A DNA stretch of 14,877 nt from a virus. Lineage: Duplodnaviria; Heunggongvirae; Uroviricota; Caudoviricetes. Positions 1-6,936 of this stretch are shown here, one piece after another; position 1 is the first letter of the stretch, and each line of letters begins with the position of its first letter. Location of the stretch: IMG/VR virus record IMGVR_UViG_2703718796_000007. The stretch is one strand, 5' to 3'. A program made the translations under genes and the position numbers. The notes under the pieces were generated by a model that was not told the DNA's origin, did not search any database, and saw only the letters and a program-made list of their open reading frames with translations.

Positions 1-1218
1 ATGAACAAACTGAGCGATACCTTGCTAAGGAAACTTCATGGTAAGCCAGCGGAGAAAAACACGTTTTATAGCGATGGCGGAAATCTGAGCGTGAAATATT
101 TAACATCAGGGAAATTAACCTGGTATTTCACTTACAGGGCAGGAACGGGAAGAGAGACACGACCGGAACGTATTAAGCTGGGAAATTATCCTGATCTGAG
201 CCTGAAAGCAGCCAGGGAAAAAGCCGCCCAGTGTCGCGCATGGCTGGCGGAGGGGAAAAATCCACGCCATGAGATGAATTACGCCGTACAGGAAGCGTTA
301 AAGCCGGTAACGGTTGGCGATGCGCTCACCTACTGGCTTGAGTCGTACGTAAAGGAAAACCGCGTGGATTATATCGCCCTGAAAAGGCGACTTAATAATC
401 ACGTAATACAGTACATTGGCGCTATGCCGCTGGATAAATGCGAGCTACGGCACTGGCTGGCCTGTTTTGACCAGGTGGCAAAGCGAACACCTGTTACTGC
501 CGGATTCGTGCTACAGACATGCAAGCAGGCGCTTAAGTTCTGCCGGAGGCGGCGCTTTGCAATCAGCAACGTTCTCGATGATCTGAACGTGGCGGACGTT
601 GGGAAAAAACCGGATATAAGCGAACGTGTCTTAAGCACCAAAGAACTGGGCGAGTTATTGCAGGCGCTGGATAAAAAAATATTTTCTCCTTACTACGTCG
701 CGTTAATCCGCCTCCTGATTGTCTTCGGAGCCAGGACGGTAGAACTGAGGTTATCGGAGATCAGCGAGTGGGATTTTACCGAAATGCTATGGACCGTTCC
801 GAAGGAGCACAGCAAAACAAAGGTTGCAATATTCCGGCCCATACCGGAAGCGATCCTGCCGTTCGTCACGCGGCTGGTGGACCAGAACAGGCACACGGGC
901 TTATTACTGGGGGAAGTGAAACAGGAGGCCAGCGTATCGCAGTACGGCAGATTAGCGCACAGGAGGCTAAAACACCCTCAATGGTCATTGCATGACATCC
1001 GGCGCACCTTTACAACCATGCTGAACGATTTAGGCGTTGATCCTCACGTCGTGGAGCAGCTTACAGGCCACCAGATGCCAGGAATGCAACGCGTGTACAA
1101 CCATTCCCGCTATATTGATGCGAAACGCAATGCGCTTGATATGTGGGTGGAGCGGTTGGAGATACTGGCGGGAACACATGAAAACGTAACCACGCTACCA
1201 GTAACCAGAATAAAATAA
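1..1218 (+). CDS. int: Tyrosine integrase, P4-like family with N-terminal arm-binding domain
   Basis: 405-aa ORF starting at window position 1. N-terminus LSDGGNLSVKY...YRAGTGRETRPERIKLGNYPDLSLKAAREKA fits the P4-family arm-binding domain pattern. C-terminal region has box I Arg (GARTVELRL), HDIRRTF (H-x-x-R) and a terminal Tyr context (VYNHSRY). Confidence 0.9.
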   Translation: MNKLSDTLLRKLHGKPAEKNTFYSDGGNLSVKYLTSGKLTWYFTYRAGTGRETRPERIKLGNYPDLSLKAAREKAAQCRAWLAEGKNPRHEMNYAVQEALKPVTVGDALTYWLESYVKENRVDYIALKRRLNNHVIQYIGAMPLDKCELRHWLACFDQVAKRTPVTAGFVLQTCKQALKFCRRRRFAISNVLDDLNVADVGKKPDISERVLSTKELGELLQALDKKIFSPYYVALIRLLIVFGARTVELRLSEISEWDFTEMLWTVPKEHSKTKVAIFRPIPEAILPFVTRLVDQNRHTGLLLGEVKQEASVSQYGRLAHRRLKHPQWSLHDIRRTFTTMLNDLGVDPHVVEQLTGHQMPGMQRVYNHSRYIDAKRNALDMWVERLEILAGTHENVTTLPVTRIK

Positions 1219-1266
1219 TTTTTTTCGTGTTTTTTCAGTATGCGCATACTGGATAAGTGCACAGAT

Positions 1267-1306
1267 ACAACGTGAAACAATGTGCAACAACGTGACACAA
1301 TCACGA
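1267..1306. repeat. Four phased 10-bp repeats (ACAA-NGTGN-N), two containing AACAACGTG
   Basis: acaacgtgaa / acaatgtgca / acaacgtgac / acaatcacga in tandem with a 10-bp period, about 50 bp after the int stop. The 9-mer is the reverse complement of CACGTTGTT found at 7181-7189 and 14618-14626. Confidence 0.5.
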
Positions 1307-1407
1307 ACAAGAGGCCAAAAAGAATACAGATTTGTAAGTTGCTGATTTTTAATGCTCAGCTGGTTTTTTATACATTAGTGAATTACGCGTTAAAGCGTGC
1401 GAAAAAA

Positions 1408-1430
1408 GGCATAAAACAAGATTTTATGCC
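1408..1430. terminator. AT-rich hairpin flanked by an A-run and a T-run (possible bidirectional terminator between int and alpA)
   Basis: GGCATAAAA-caaga-TTTTATGCC: 9-bp stem, 5-nt loop, preceded by aaaaaa and followed by tttgtatt. Confidence 0.35.
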
Positions 1431-1582
1431 TTTGTATTAACATGAATTTAAATGATTTTATCCTGATTATTCCTCTTTCTGTAAACCATACGACATCAAC
1501 ATTTGCCATTCACCACACTAGCGGGAACAATACGACACAATAAGACACCTGATGACTCTTTAAGAAACGAAAGGGGGCAATA

Positions 1583-1771
1583 GTGTTAAGCACTGATCGG
1601 TTTATACGTGAAAAAGAATGCGAAAAGCTAACAGGCCTTAGCCGCTCATGCCGCTACCGCCTGGAAAAGGCCGGACAATTCCCATCACGTCGTAAACTTG
1701 GTGGGCGTTCTGTTGGCTGGTCTTTATCTGAGGTTTTGGCCTGGAAGGATAGCTGCAAGGCAGTTCACTAA
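1583..1771 (+). CDS. alpA: AlpA/Vis-family transcriptional regulator (winged-helix, excisionase-like)
   Basis: 62 codons; GTG start 5 nt after a GGGGG Shine-Dalgarno. LTGLSRSCRYRLEKAGQFPSRRKLGGRSVGWSLSEVLAW matches the AlpA family pattern. Confidence 0.85.
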   Translation: MLSTDRFIREKECEKLTGLSRSCRYRLEKAGQFPSRRKLGGRSVGWSLSEVLAWKDSCKAVH

Positions 1772-1911
1772 AAAGACTGGCGGCACACAGTCGCCACACA
1801 TCCACTAATACAGAGATATAACTATGAAGATTGAATATGCGCCCGAACGTGGGCGGGGATTCGTTCGCCCTGGTGAAACTGAAAAACAACAAAATTGGGG
1901 TTTTTCAGGCA

Positions 1912-1939
1912 TAAAAAAAGCGGCCCCGATATGGAGCCG
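1912..1939 (-). terminator. Rho-independent terminator ending the leftward RHH operon
   Basis: On the minus strand: GCGGCTCC-atatc-GGGGCCGC (8-bp stem with one G-U pair) followed by TTTTTTT (plus-strand A-run 1912-1918). Confidence 0.6.
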
Positions 1940-2014
1940 CCTTTCTGAACAATTAACCTGCTGCGCCTTATGTGTATGTGATCCCAAACATAAGCACGGG
2001 AATGATAGCCGCTA

Positions 2015-2218
2015 TCAGGCTGGTGGGCAATTACCTTGCTTGTTGGGGCCGTATTGTGCTGCCATTTTCATCCGTTCAGAACGTGAATATTTTTTTAGAA
2101 ACTCATCAAGGACAAAAGCGCATGGAGCGAATCTTTCTGATTCATGCTCGAGCGCCATATTTTCGTGCTCTCTGTTCGTTTTTTGCGATGGTGTATTGGT
2201 TGATTCTTTATTGGTCAT
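2015..2218 (-). CDS. Hypothetical 67-aa protein, cassette-1 partner (paralog of 2675..2902)
   Basis: Protein-like ORF. Shares the MTN start and the motif F-x-L-[DE]-[DE]-F-x-x-K-Y-x-R with 2675..2902 (FVLDEFLKKYSRSE versus FALEDFVDKYPRRL). Confidence 0.5.
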   Translation of the reverse strand: MTNKESTNTPSQKTNREHENMALEHESERFAPCAFVLDEFLKKYSRSERMKMAAQYGPNKQGNCPPA

Positions 2219-2275
2219 TGTGTGTACCTGTAAAGCAATGCGCCGGAGTTCCTCACGCCACGGCGCTGATGTTTT
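2219..2275. repeat. Conserved intergenic block, copy 1 (core 2227..2271), between the RHH stop and the partner start
   Basis: cctgtaaagcaatgcgccgGAGTTcctcacgccacggcgctgatg matches 2911..2955 at 43 of 45 positions, while the flanking coding sequences have diverged. Contains the inverted repeat GCGCCG...CGGCGC. Confidence 0.8.
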
Positions 2276-2470
2276 TTATTCTTTGGGTTCAATACCGCGT
2301 TGCTGTAATTCTTTTCGGATTATTCGTTTTATCCAAGCAGCTAAAGAGTCATCACCGTCTTGTTGTTGTGCTTTTTCCATCTTTTCCCGTAAGTCAGGAT
2401 CTAAACGGAACTGGAAAGGAGGATTACCACGCCTTTCATTTTTGTGTGTTGACACGTCAATTACACCCAT
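2276..2470 (-). CDS. Ribbon-helix-helix (Arc/MetJ-like) DNA-binding protein, cassette 1
   Basis: 64 aa; basic N-terminal tail then FQFRLDPDLREKMEKAQQ...SLAAWIKRIIRKEL, the beta-strand plus two-helix pattern typical of RHH repressors. Confidence 0.6.
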   Translation of the reverse strand: MGVIDVSTHKNERRGNPPFQFRLDPDLREKMEKAQQQDGDDSLAAWIKRIIRKELQQRGIEPKE

Positions 2471-2475
2471 ATAAT
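2449..2475 (+). promoter_or_regulatory. Candidate sigma70 promoter, rightward (copy 1 of a duplicated control region)
   Basis: TTGACA (2449-2454), 15-bp spacer, TATAAT (2470-2475). The spacer is shorter than optimal. Followed directly by a palindromic operator. Confidence 0.35.
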
Positions 2476-2481
2476 GTGTTT

Positions 2482-2497
2482 ATGTGTATATACACAT
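2482..2497. promoter_or_regulatory. 16-bp perfect palindrome operator ATGTGTATATACACAT
   Basis: Perfect dyad symmetry immediately downstream of the -10 hexamer; same TGTG...CACA half-sites as the TGTGCGCACA sites at 3184-3264. Confidence 0.5.
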
Positions 2498-2510
2498 TAC
2501 ACACAACTAG

Positions 2511-2555
2511 CACAAAAAACAACGCCCCGCAGTGATGGGAACACATACGGGGCGT
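2511..2555 (-). terminator. Rho-independent terminator on the minus strand (copy 1 of a conserved hairpin block)
   Basis: Stem ACGCCCCG / CGGGGCGT (8 bp, 18-nt loop); on the minus strand it is followed by TGTTTTTTG. Lies between the two minus-strand cassettes. Confidence 0.55.
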
Positions 2556-2674
2556 CTAACCAAACCATTAATTGAGGTAACGATTATGGCTATAAAAGAG
2601 CATAGCTTACTCTTTATACACACACAAACGCCCCGGAAACGGAATAATCCGTTTCATAGTTCGGTTTTGTGCAC

Positions 2675-2902
2675 TCATCCTGGCGGTCGGTTTTTGCCGG
2701 ATTTAAGCCGCCGTGGGTATTTATCGACAAAATCTTCAAGGGCAAATTTTTCTGGTGGCACTAAGCGCGGCGCTGGTGGTGGTATTTTTGTTCTGGTTAG
2801 TTCTTCCTCAAGTCTGGCGCAGGCTTCTGACTGCCTTTGCCGAATGATTTCATCTTCTTGCGTCTGCGTGTCTTGTATTGGTGATAGTGTGTTGTTGGTC
2901 AT
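2675..2902 (-). CDS. Hypothetical 75-aa protein, cassette-2 partner (paralog of 2015..2218)
   Basis: Protein-like ORF; shared MTN start and F-x-L-E-D-F-x-x-K-Y motif with 2015..2218; Pro-rich central segment. Confidence 0.5.
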   Translation of the reverse strand: MTNNTLSPIQDTQTQEDEIIRQRQSEACARLEEELTRTKIPPPAPRLVPPEKFALEDFVDKYPRRLKSGKNRPPG

Positions 2903-2959
2903 GGTACTGCCCTGTAAAGCAATGCGCCGTAGTACCTCACGCCACGGCGCTGATGGTGG
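2903..2959. repeat. Conserved intergenic block, copy 2 (core 2911..2955)
   Basis: cctgtaaagcaatgcgccgTAGTAcctcacgccacggcgctgatg; see copy 1 at 2219..2275. Confidence 0.8.
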
Positions 2960-3157
2960 TTATTCCTGCTCTTTGGCCTTGCGGCGCTGTTCATATTTTA
3001 ATTTGCGTCCACAGGCATCTAAGACCCATGCGGAAAAATTAGCACTAGGATTAGTTAATTTTTCTTGTTCAACGCTGGCATCAATCCCATCTATAAGCTC
3101 ATGTGGGAATCGAATATTTTTCTTTGCTGATTTGTTGTTTGTGTTACCACTAGACAT
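2960..3157 (-). CDS. Ribbon-helix-helix DNA-binding protein, cassette 2
   Basis: 65 aa; IRFPHELIDGIDASVEQEK...NFSAWVLDACGRKL fits the RHH beta-strand plus helices pattern. GAGGTG Shine-Dalgarno 5 nt before the ATG on the minus strand. Confidence 0.55.
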   Translation of the reverse strand: MSSGNTNNKSAKKNIRFPHELIDGIDASVEQEKLTNPSANFSAWVLDACGRKLKYEQRRKAKEQE

Positions 3158-3183
3158 TGATGCACCTCACTTAAATGGACTTT

Positions 3184-3264
3184 ATGGGCGCACACAATAC
3201 AGCAAAAAAAATGAGATGTTAAGTATTGACATGTGCGCACACATGATTTTAATCTGTGCGCACA
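3184..3264. promoter_or_regulatory. Divergent control region with three TGTGCGCACA-type palindromic operators and a rightward sigma70-like promoter
   Basis: TGGGCGCACA (3184-3193), TGTGCGCACA (3232-3241) and TGTGCGCACA (3255-3264). The last two are 23 bp apart and bracket the promoter TTGACA (3226-3231), 16-bp spacer, TTTAAT (3248-3253). A possible leftward promoter TTGCTG...TAAAGT lies near 3175-3205 on the minus strand. Confidence 0.55.
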
Positions 3265-3292
3265 GTTTGAGTTTTGTCACTCAAATTAAGCA

Positions 3293-3326
3293 ACGCCCCG
3301 CAGTGCTCGCAACACATGCAGGGCGT
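3293..3326. other. Conserved hairpin block, copy 2, in the 5' leader of the rightward operon
   Basis: ACGCCCCG...CAGGGCGT (one mismatch in the stem), then CTAACCA and GAGGTA-N4-ATG; parallels 2520-2588, where the same block precedes an ATG at 2586. Confidence 0.5.
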
Positions 3327-3362
3327 CTAACCACCAACGATAGCGAAAGTATCGAGGTAGCT

Positions 3363-3563
3363 ATGAGAAATAATACCACACACCCGCAAGGGCGGGACTC
3401 GCACAACCTGAATAAATACATCTGGCGTTTTATCGCCCTGAGCACGGCACAACCGCGCGTGATTACCATTGAGGCCACCAGCGAACAGGAAGCACGCCAG
3501 CAATCCCCGGCTGGCTGCGTGATGGTATTCGCTGCCCGTATTCGCCAGGGGGTAGGCTTATGA
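3363..3563 (+). CDS. Hypothetical 66-aa protein, first gene of the rightward early operon
   Basis: ATG 4 nt after GAGGTA; shares its stop with the next gene's start (ATGA overlap at 3560). Family not recognised. Confidence 0.5.
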   Translation: MRNNTTHPQGRDSHNLNKYIWRFIALSTAQPRVITIEATSEQEARQQSPAGCVMVFAARIRQGVGL

Positions 3564-4042
3564 GCCAGGAAATCACACTACAACAGGCAGCAGAACGCGC
3601 CCACCAAATCGAAGTTATTTGCGCACTGGCAGAGGATTACCCTGGCATGATGACCGACAGCGAATCAGGGGCAATCATCGGCTTACTTAAACGCCTTAGC
3701 GGTGAGGTCTGCGTATTCCTGAGCGATGAACAGGAAAGAAGAACGCTTATTTCTAACGAAAAAAATGCGGAGGGGTACACCATGTGCAATAACATCCGTC
3801 CGGACGCAACCGCCGCCGCGCTCACTACGCTGATGCTCGCGCTTATTGATATTTCTGTTATTGCTGACAGGGCACATAAGCACGCCACCAGTGAAACAGA
3901 ATATGCCGGGGCTTTCGTTCCTCATTCGCTGGCGGTTATGCAACTTAGTGCTGATATGGCGCTGAATGAGGCCAAAGCTATCCTGATTGCTGATTGTGAA
4001 AATGGGGGGGGGTTATGCGTGATGATCGTTTTAATTCCCTGA
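3560..4042 (+). CDS. Hypothetical 160-aa protein
   Basis: ORF translationally coupled to its neighbours. The 3' end runs through a G9 tract (4004-4012), so the C-terminus is uncertain. Confidence 0.5.
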   Translation: MSQEITLQQAAERAHQIEVICALAEDYPGMMTDSESGAIIGLLKRLSGEVCVFLSDEQERRTLISNEKNAEGYTMCNNIRPDATAAALTTLMLALIDISVIADRAHKHATSETEYAGAFVPHSLAVMQLSADMALNEAKAILIADCENGGGLCVMIVLIP

Positions 4043-4248
4043 AACAAGAATTTTCCGGCGTTCCTGATGATGCGGCTGATGCGCTTTCGTCAATGCCAGA
4101 ACTTATTAGAGCGGCTTTTTTCTTACTTTCCACGAAAGAATATAAATCAACGGGACTTGATGTACTGAATATCGCCGCCGATTATGCGGAATATGTGGCA
4201 GAGGCGCGTTACAGAAGAAAATTTCCTGAGGATGTAAGCCATGCGTGA
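4015..4248 (+). CDS. Hypothetical 77-aa acidic protein
   Basis: ATG directly after the G9 tract, which could serve as its Shine-Dalgarno; 8-nt overlap with the next gene. Confidence 0.45.
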   Translation: MRDDRFNSLKQEFSGVPDDAADALSSMPELIRAAFFLLSTKEYKSTGLDVLNIAADYAEYVAEARYRRKFPEDVSHA

Positions 4249-4474
4249 TATTTACATTGAAACAATAGACCGCGCATTTAGTGCCCTTGCTTACGCTGAA
4301 GGTATGTACGAAATATTGCAAATGTGGCTGGAAACATTTGGCGATAATGAGAGTGATGTAAAGAAGGCGCGGATTATTAAATCACTGATAACTCTCCTTG
4401 AACCTGTAATAACAGAGTTGCAGGAAATAGACTTATTGCACGACAGATATAACGAACAGCACACCGGAGAATAA
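4241..4474 (+). CDS. Hypothetical 77-aa protein
   Basis: ORF in operon context; start overlaps the preceding stop. Confidence 0.5.
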   Translation: MRDIYIETIDRAFSALAYAEGMYEILQMWLETFGDNESDVKKARIIKSLITLLEPVITELQEIDLLHDRYNEQHTGE

Positions 4475-4479
4475 AAATA

Positions 4480-4779
4480 ATGAAACTTAAATATTCTGGC
4501 TTAACTGCCAGTGGCAACACTCACCCTAAATTTACGCGCGGTGATATTTACCGCGACCAGTACGGCGGCACGGTAATGATTAAGGGCGTGGCGGGACGGT
4601 GCGTAACTTACCGCCGTGAAGGTTACGAATATGATTGCGTGATGCCTGTTTATCAGTTCCGGCGTGATTTTTCTCTGGTACAGGCCGTACCGCGTAACGT
4701 GCCCACCAGCAGGGAGAAAGCACGCGCCAATATTCAGAAGATGAAAAACATGATTAACGGATTCAGGGGCAAGAAATGA
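4480..4779 (+). CDS. Small conserved prophage protein (possibly DUF4222-like)
   Basis: GGAG Shine-Dalgarno 8 nt upstream. RGDIYRDQYGGTVMIKGV...VTYRREGYEYDCVMPVYQF resembles a small family common in enterobacterial prophages; the family name is from memory and tentative. Confidence 0.55.
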   Translation: MKLKYSGLTASGNTHPKFTRGDIYRDQYGGTVMIKGVAGRCVTYRREGYEYDCVMPVYQFRRDFSLVQAVPRNVPTSREKARANIQKMKNMINGFRGKK

Positions 4780-6173
4780 AAAGCGCACCGAACTTAAAAA
4801 AACAGCCTTACGACAAGATGACCGAAGTCATCATTTTTGCGGGTAGTGATGCGTGGGCACATGCGAAACAGTGGCAGGAACAGGACGGGCGACTGGCTGG
4901 CGATAATTTGCCTCCCATTGTGCTGGCTGATGATCAACTGGATGAACTGGCAGACCTGAGAATCATCGACGAGGGGCGCTATTGTGTCCGGCTGTACAAG
5001 GCAGGCCACATCAGGCCATCAAATATTAATGCCATTGCGCACAAGCTGGCGGCGGCGGGCGTAACTGATGCGAATTATTACCCCGAAGGGATACACAGCC
5101 AGAAGCGGGAGAACTGGCGCGAATATCTGGAACGGGAGCGGGGGAAAAAGCCAGGGGAAGAACACCACCAGCGAAAAACCACGCTACCGATGAGCGTTGG
5201 ATCTGCCGGATACGACACGCAATTAGATTACGTGGTAAAGGGGATTATTCCGGCATCGTCGCTATGCAGCATATACGGGGCAAGCGGTTCCTATAAATCA
5301 TTCCTTGCTGGTTCGTGGGCGTGTCACGTTTCCACGGGCCGCCAGTGGGGAGGCCGCAGGGTGGCGCATGGCGCTGTTCTCTATGTGGTTGGTGAAGGCG
5401 GTATCGGCGTTCCGCGTCGTGTAAAAGCCTGGGAGGTTGTGCACGGTGAGCAGGTGAAAAATCTGTATCTGGTAAACCGTCCCATCTTTCCGGCTGTCCC
5501 GCTTGATGTTGATGAACTGGTTATTGCTGCCAGTCAGGTGGAGAGGGAAACGGGTAAACCTGTTCGCATGATTATTCTGGACACGCTGGCGCGCTGCTTT
5601 GGCGGCAATGATGAAAATGACTCCCGCGACATGGGGGCGTTTATCCGTGGGTGTGACGAACTGAAACGACGCACAGGGGCCACGGTGCTGGTGGTTCACC
5701 ATTCCGGCAAGGATGAGACGAAAGGCGCGCGCGGTTCCAGTGCATTTCGTGCATCACTGGATGCTGAATACCGGATACGCAGGGAGGACGCAGGAAGCGA
5801 AGCGCTGGTTATCTCATGCACCAAAATGAAGGACGCGGAGGAACTCAAAGAGGCTGCCTATGATTTGCGGGTGGTGGAGCTTTTTACCGACGCTGACGGG
5901 GAGTTAATCACGTCGCTGGTGGTGGTGGATAAGCCGCGCCCTCCCGTTGAACTGGAGCGCATCGAGGAGGCAGGGAACAAGACGGAAAACCATACCGCGC
6001 TATGGGGGTGCATCCGTTCACGCACACAGAACGGCGACAAGTGCACGATCCCGCTGTTACGTGATGACATGAAAAAACTGGGGTATGAAATGAAAAACTT
6101 CCGGCGCTGGCTGTACAAGCTGGAAAAAGATGGGGTTATTCGTATCGATGGGGATGATGTAGCGCCGCTATAA
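4776..6173 (+). CDS. Replication initiator: RepA-like / AAA_25-type RecA-fold ATPase (helicase loader or helicase) with an N-terminal extension
   Basis: 465 aa. Walker A-like YGASGSYKSFLAG; Walker B MIILDTLARCFGG; the VLVVHHSGKD motif typical of RepA/AAA_25 proteins. Followed immediately by iterons. Confidence 0.85.
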   Translation: MKSAPNLKKQPYDKMTEVIIFAGSDAWAHAKQWQEQDGRLAGDNLPPIVLADDQLDELADLRIIDEGRYCVRLYKAGHIRPSNINAIAHKLAAAGVTDANYYPEGIHSQKRENWREYLERERGKKPGEEHHQRKTTLPMSVGSAGYDTQLDYVVKGIIPASSLCSIYGASGSYKSFLAGSWACHVSTGRQWGGRRVAHGAVLYVVGEGGIGVPRRVKAWEVVHGEQVKNLYLVNRPIFPAVPLDVDELVIAASQVERETGKPVRMIILDTLARCFGGNDENDSRDMGAFIRGCDELKRRTGATVLVVHHSGKDETKGARGSSAFRASLDAEYRIRREDAGSEALVISCTKMKDAEELKEAAYDLRVVELFTDADGELITSLVVVDKPRPPVELERIEEAGNKTENHTALWGCIRSRTQNGDKCTIPLLRDDMKKLGYEMKNFRRWLYKLEKDGVIRIDGDDVAPL

Positions 6174-6364
6174 AAGTGAGGAGCAAAAGCGAGGGGGGTA
6201 GAAAGAGGGCCAAAATTAGCCTGCTCTCCCTCACTTTTCGACCTGTATACATCCTCAAAAGTGAGGGGTAAAAAAATACTTATGAAACACACGCATAGAA
6301 AAACCAAAAATCCCAACTGCGACGAAGTGAGACGCTTGAAAAAGTGAGGCGAAAAAGTGAGAGG
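6172..6364. repeat. Iteron-type replication origin: at least six copies of AAAAGTGAGG-like repeats in both orientations flanking an A-rich segment
   Basis: Copies at 6172-6181, 6185-6194 (aaaagcgagg), 6229-6238 (inverted), 6257-6266, 6340-6349 and 6353-6364, plus a degenerate gaagtgaga at 6324-6332. A-rich stretch at 6268-6312. Position directly 3' of the rep gene is typical of satellite origins. Confidence 0.65.
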
Positions 6365-6373
6365 TTGCGAGAA

Positions 6374-6625
6374 ATGACCCAAAAACGCAGAGACAGAACA
6401 GAGCCGAAATATAAGGCGTTAGATATGGCTGAACTGGCTTTAAAGGTGGCAATCAGAACGATAGACCGCCACGCGGGGGAAGGATACGCGAAGGAGCATC
6501 CCGAACTGATAAGCGCATTCATGACAACAGCGGCGGCAAACTTTGCCACGCTGACAGAACGGGAGATTGCCGAAGCGGAACAGGTAACAACCATCAACGT
6601 TAAAACCGGAGAGGTGGAATCATGA
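6374..6625 (+). CDS. Hypothetical 83-aa protein
   Basis: ATG at 6374 is preferred over the GTG at 6344, which lies inside the iterons; stop overlaps the next start. Confidence 0.5.
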   Translation: MTQKRRDRTEPKYKALDMAELALKVAIRTIDRHAGEGYAKEHPELISAFMTTAAANFATLTEREIAEAEQVTTINVKTGEVES

Positions 6626-6927
6626 GCGAACCAAAATTTGGTGAAAAATTTTACAAGCACAACGGACGGATCACGATTCTGCAAATAAGCGCAGCTACAC
6701 CAGGCTGGTGGGTTGAAACAGATGAAGGATCCTCACCCGTGGCATCATGGGCGCTTTGTGTGCTTAGTTACCCTGACCGCGATGTGTATCAGGATATTCT
6801 GCCTGTGATATCCACTGACAAAGGCATGAAACCCGTAGACATCAAAAACATGGGGTTTCAGTGCGTAATGCTCACTGAAAAAATGATGGAAGAGATGAAA
6901 AAGAACAATGCCGGATCGCTTCACTGA
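6622..6927 (+). CDS. Hypothetical 101-aa protein
   Basis: ORF coupled to the upstream gene by an ATGA overlap. Confidence 0.5.
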   Translation: MSEPKFGEKFYKHNGRITILQISAATPGWWVETDEGSSPVASWALCVLSYPDRDVYQDILPVISTDKGMKPVDIKNMGFQCVMLTEKMMEEMKKNNAGSLH

Positions 6928-6936
6928 GGTGGCAAT

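Noticed and set aside
1219-1582. A promoter for alpA
   Set aside because: The region is AT-rich with several weak -35/-10 candidates (for example TTGCCA near 1503), none convincing enough to call without transcript data.
1824-2535. Plus-strand ORFs 1824..2474 (216 aa) and 1972..2535 (187 aa)
   Set aside because: Cys- and Ser-rich junk-like translations that run through the minus-strand terminator and are antisense to the RHH cassette genes.
2532-3563. 343-aa plus-strand ORF spanning the RHH cassette
   Set aside because: Its translation is low-complexity (runs of S, C, L) and it lies antisense to four well-formed minus-strand genes. Only its last 66 codons (3363..3563), preceded by a Shine-Dalgarno, look like a real gene.
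5298-6684. Minus-strand ORFs 5298..5702, 5858..6382 and 6280..6684
   Set aside because: Antisense to the rep gene and the iteron region; repetitive low-complexity translations produced by the iterons; no start signals.
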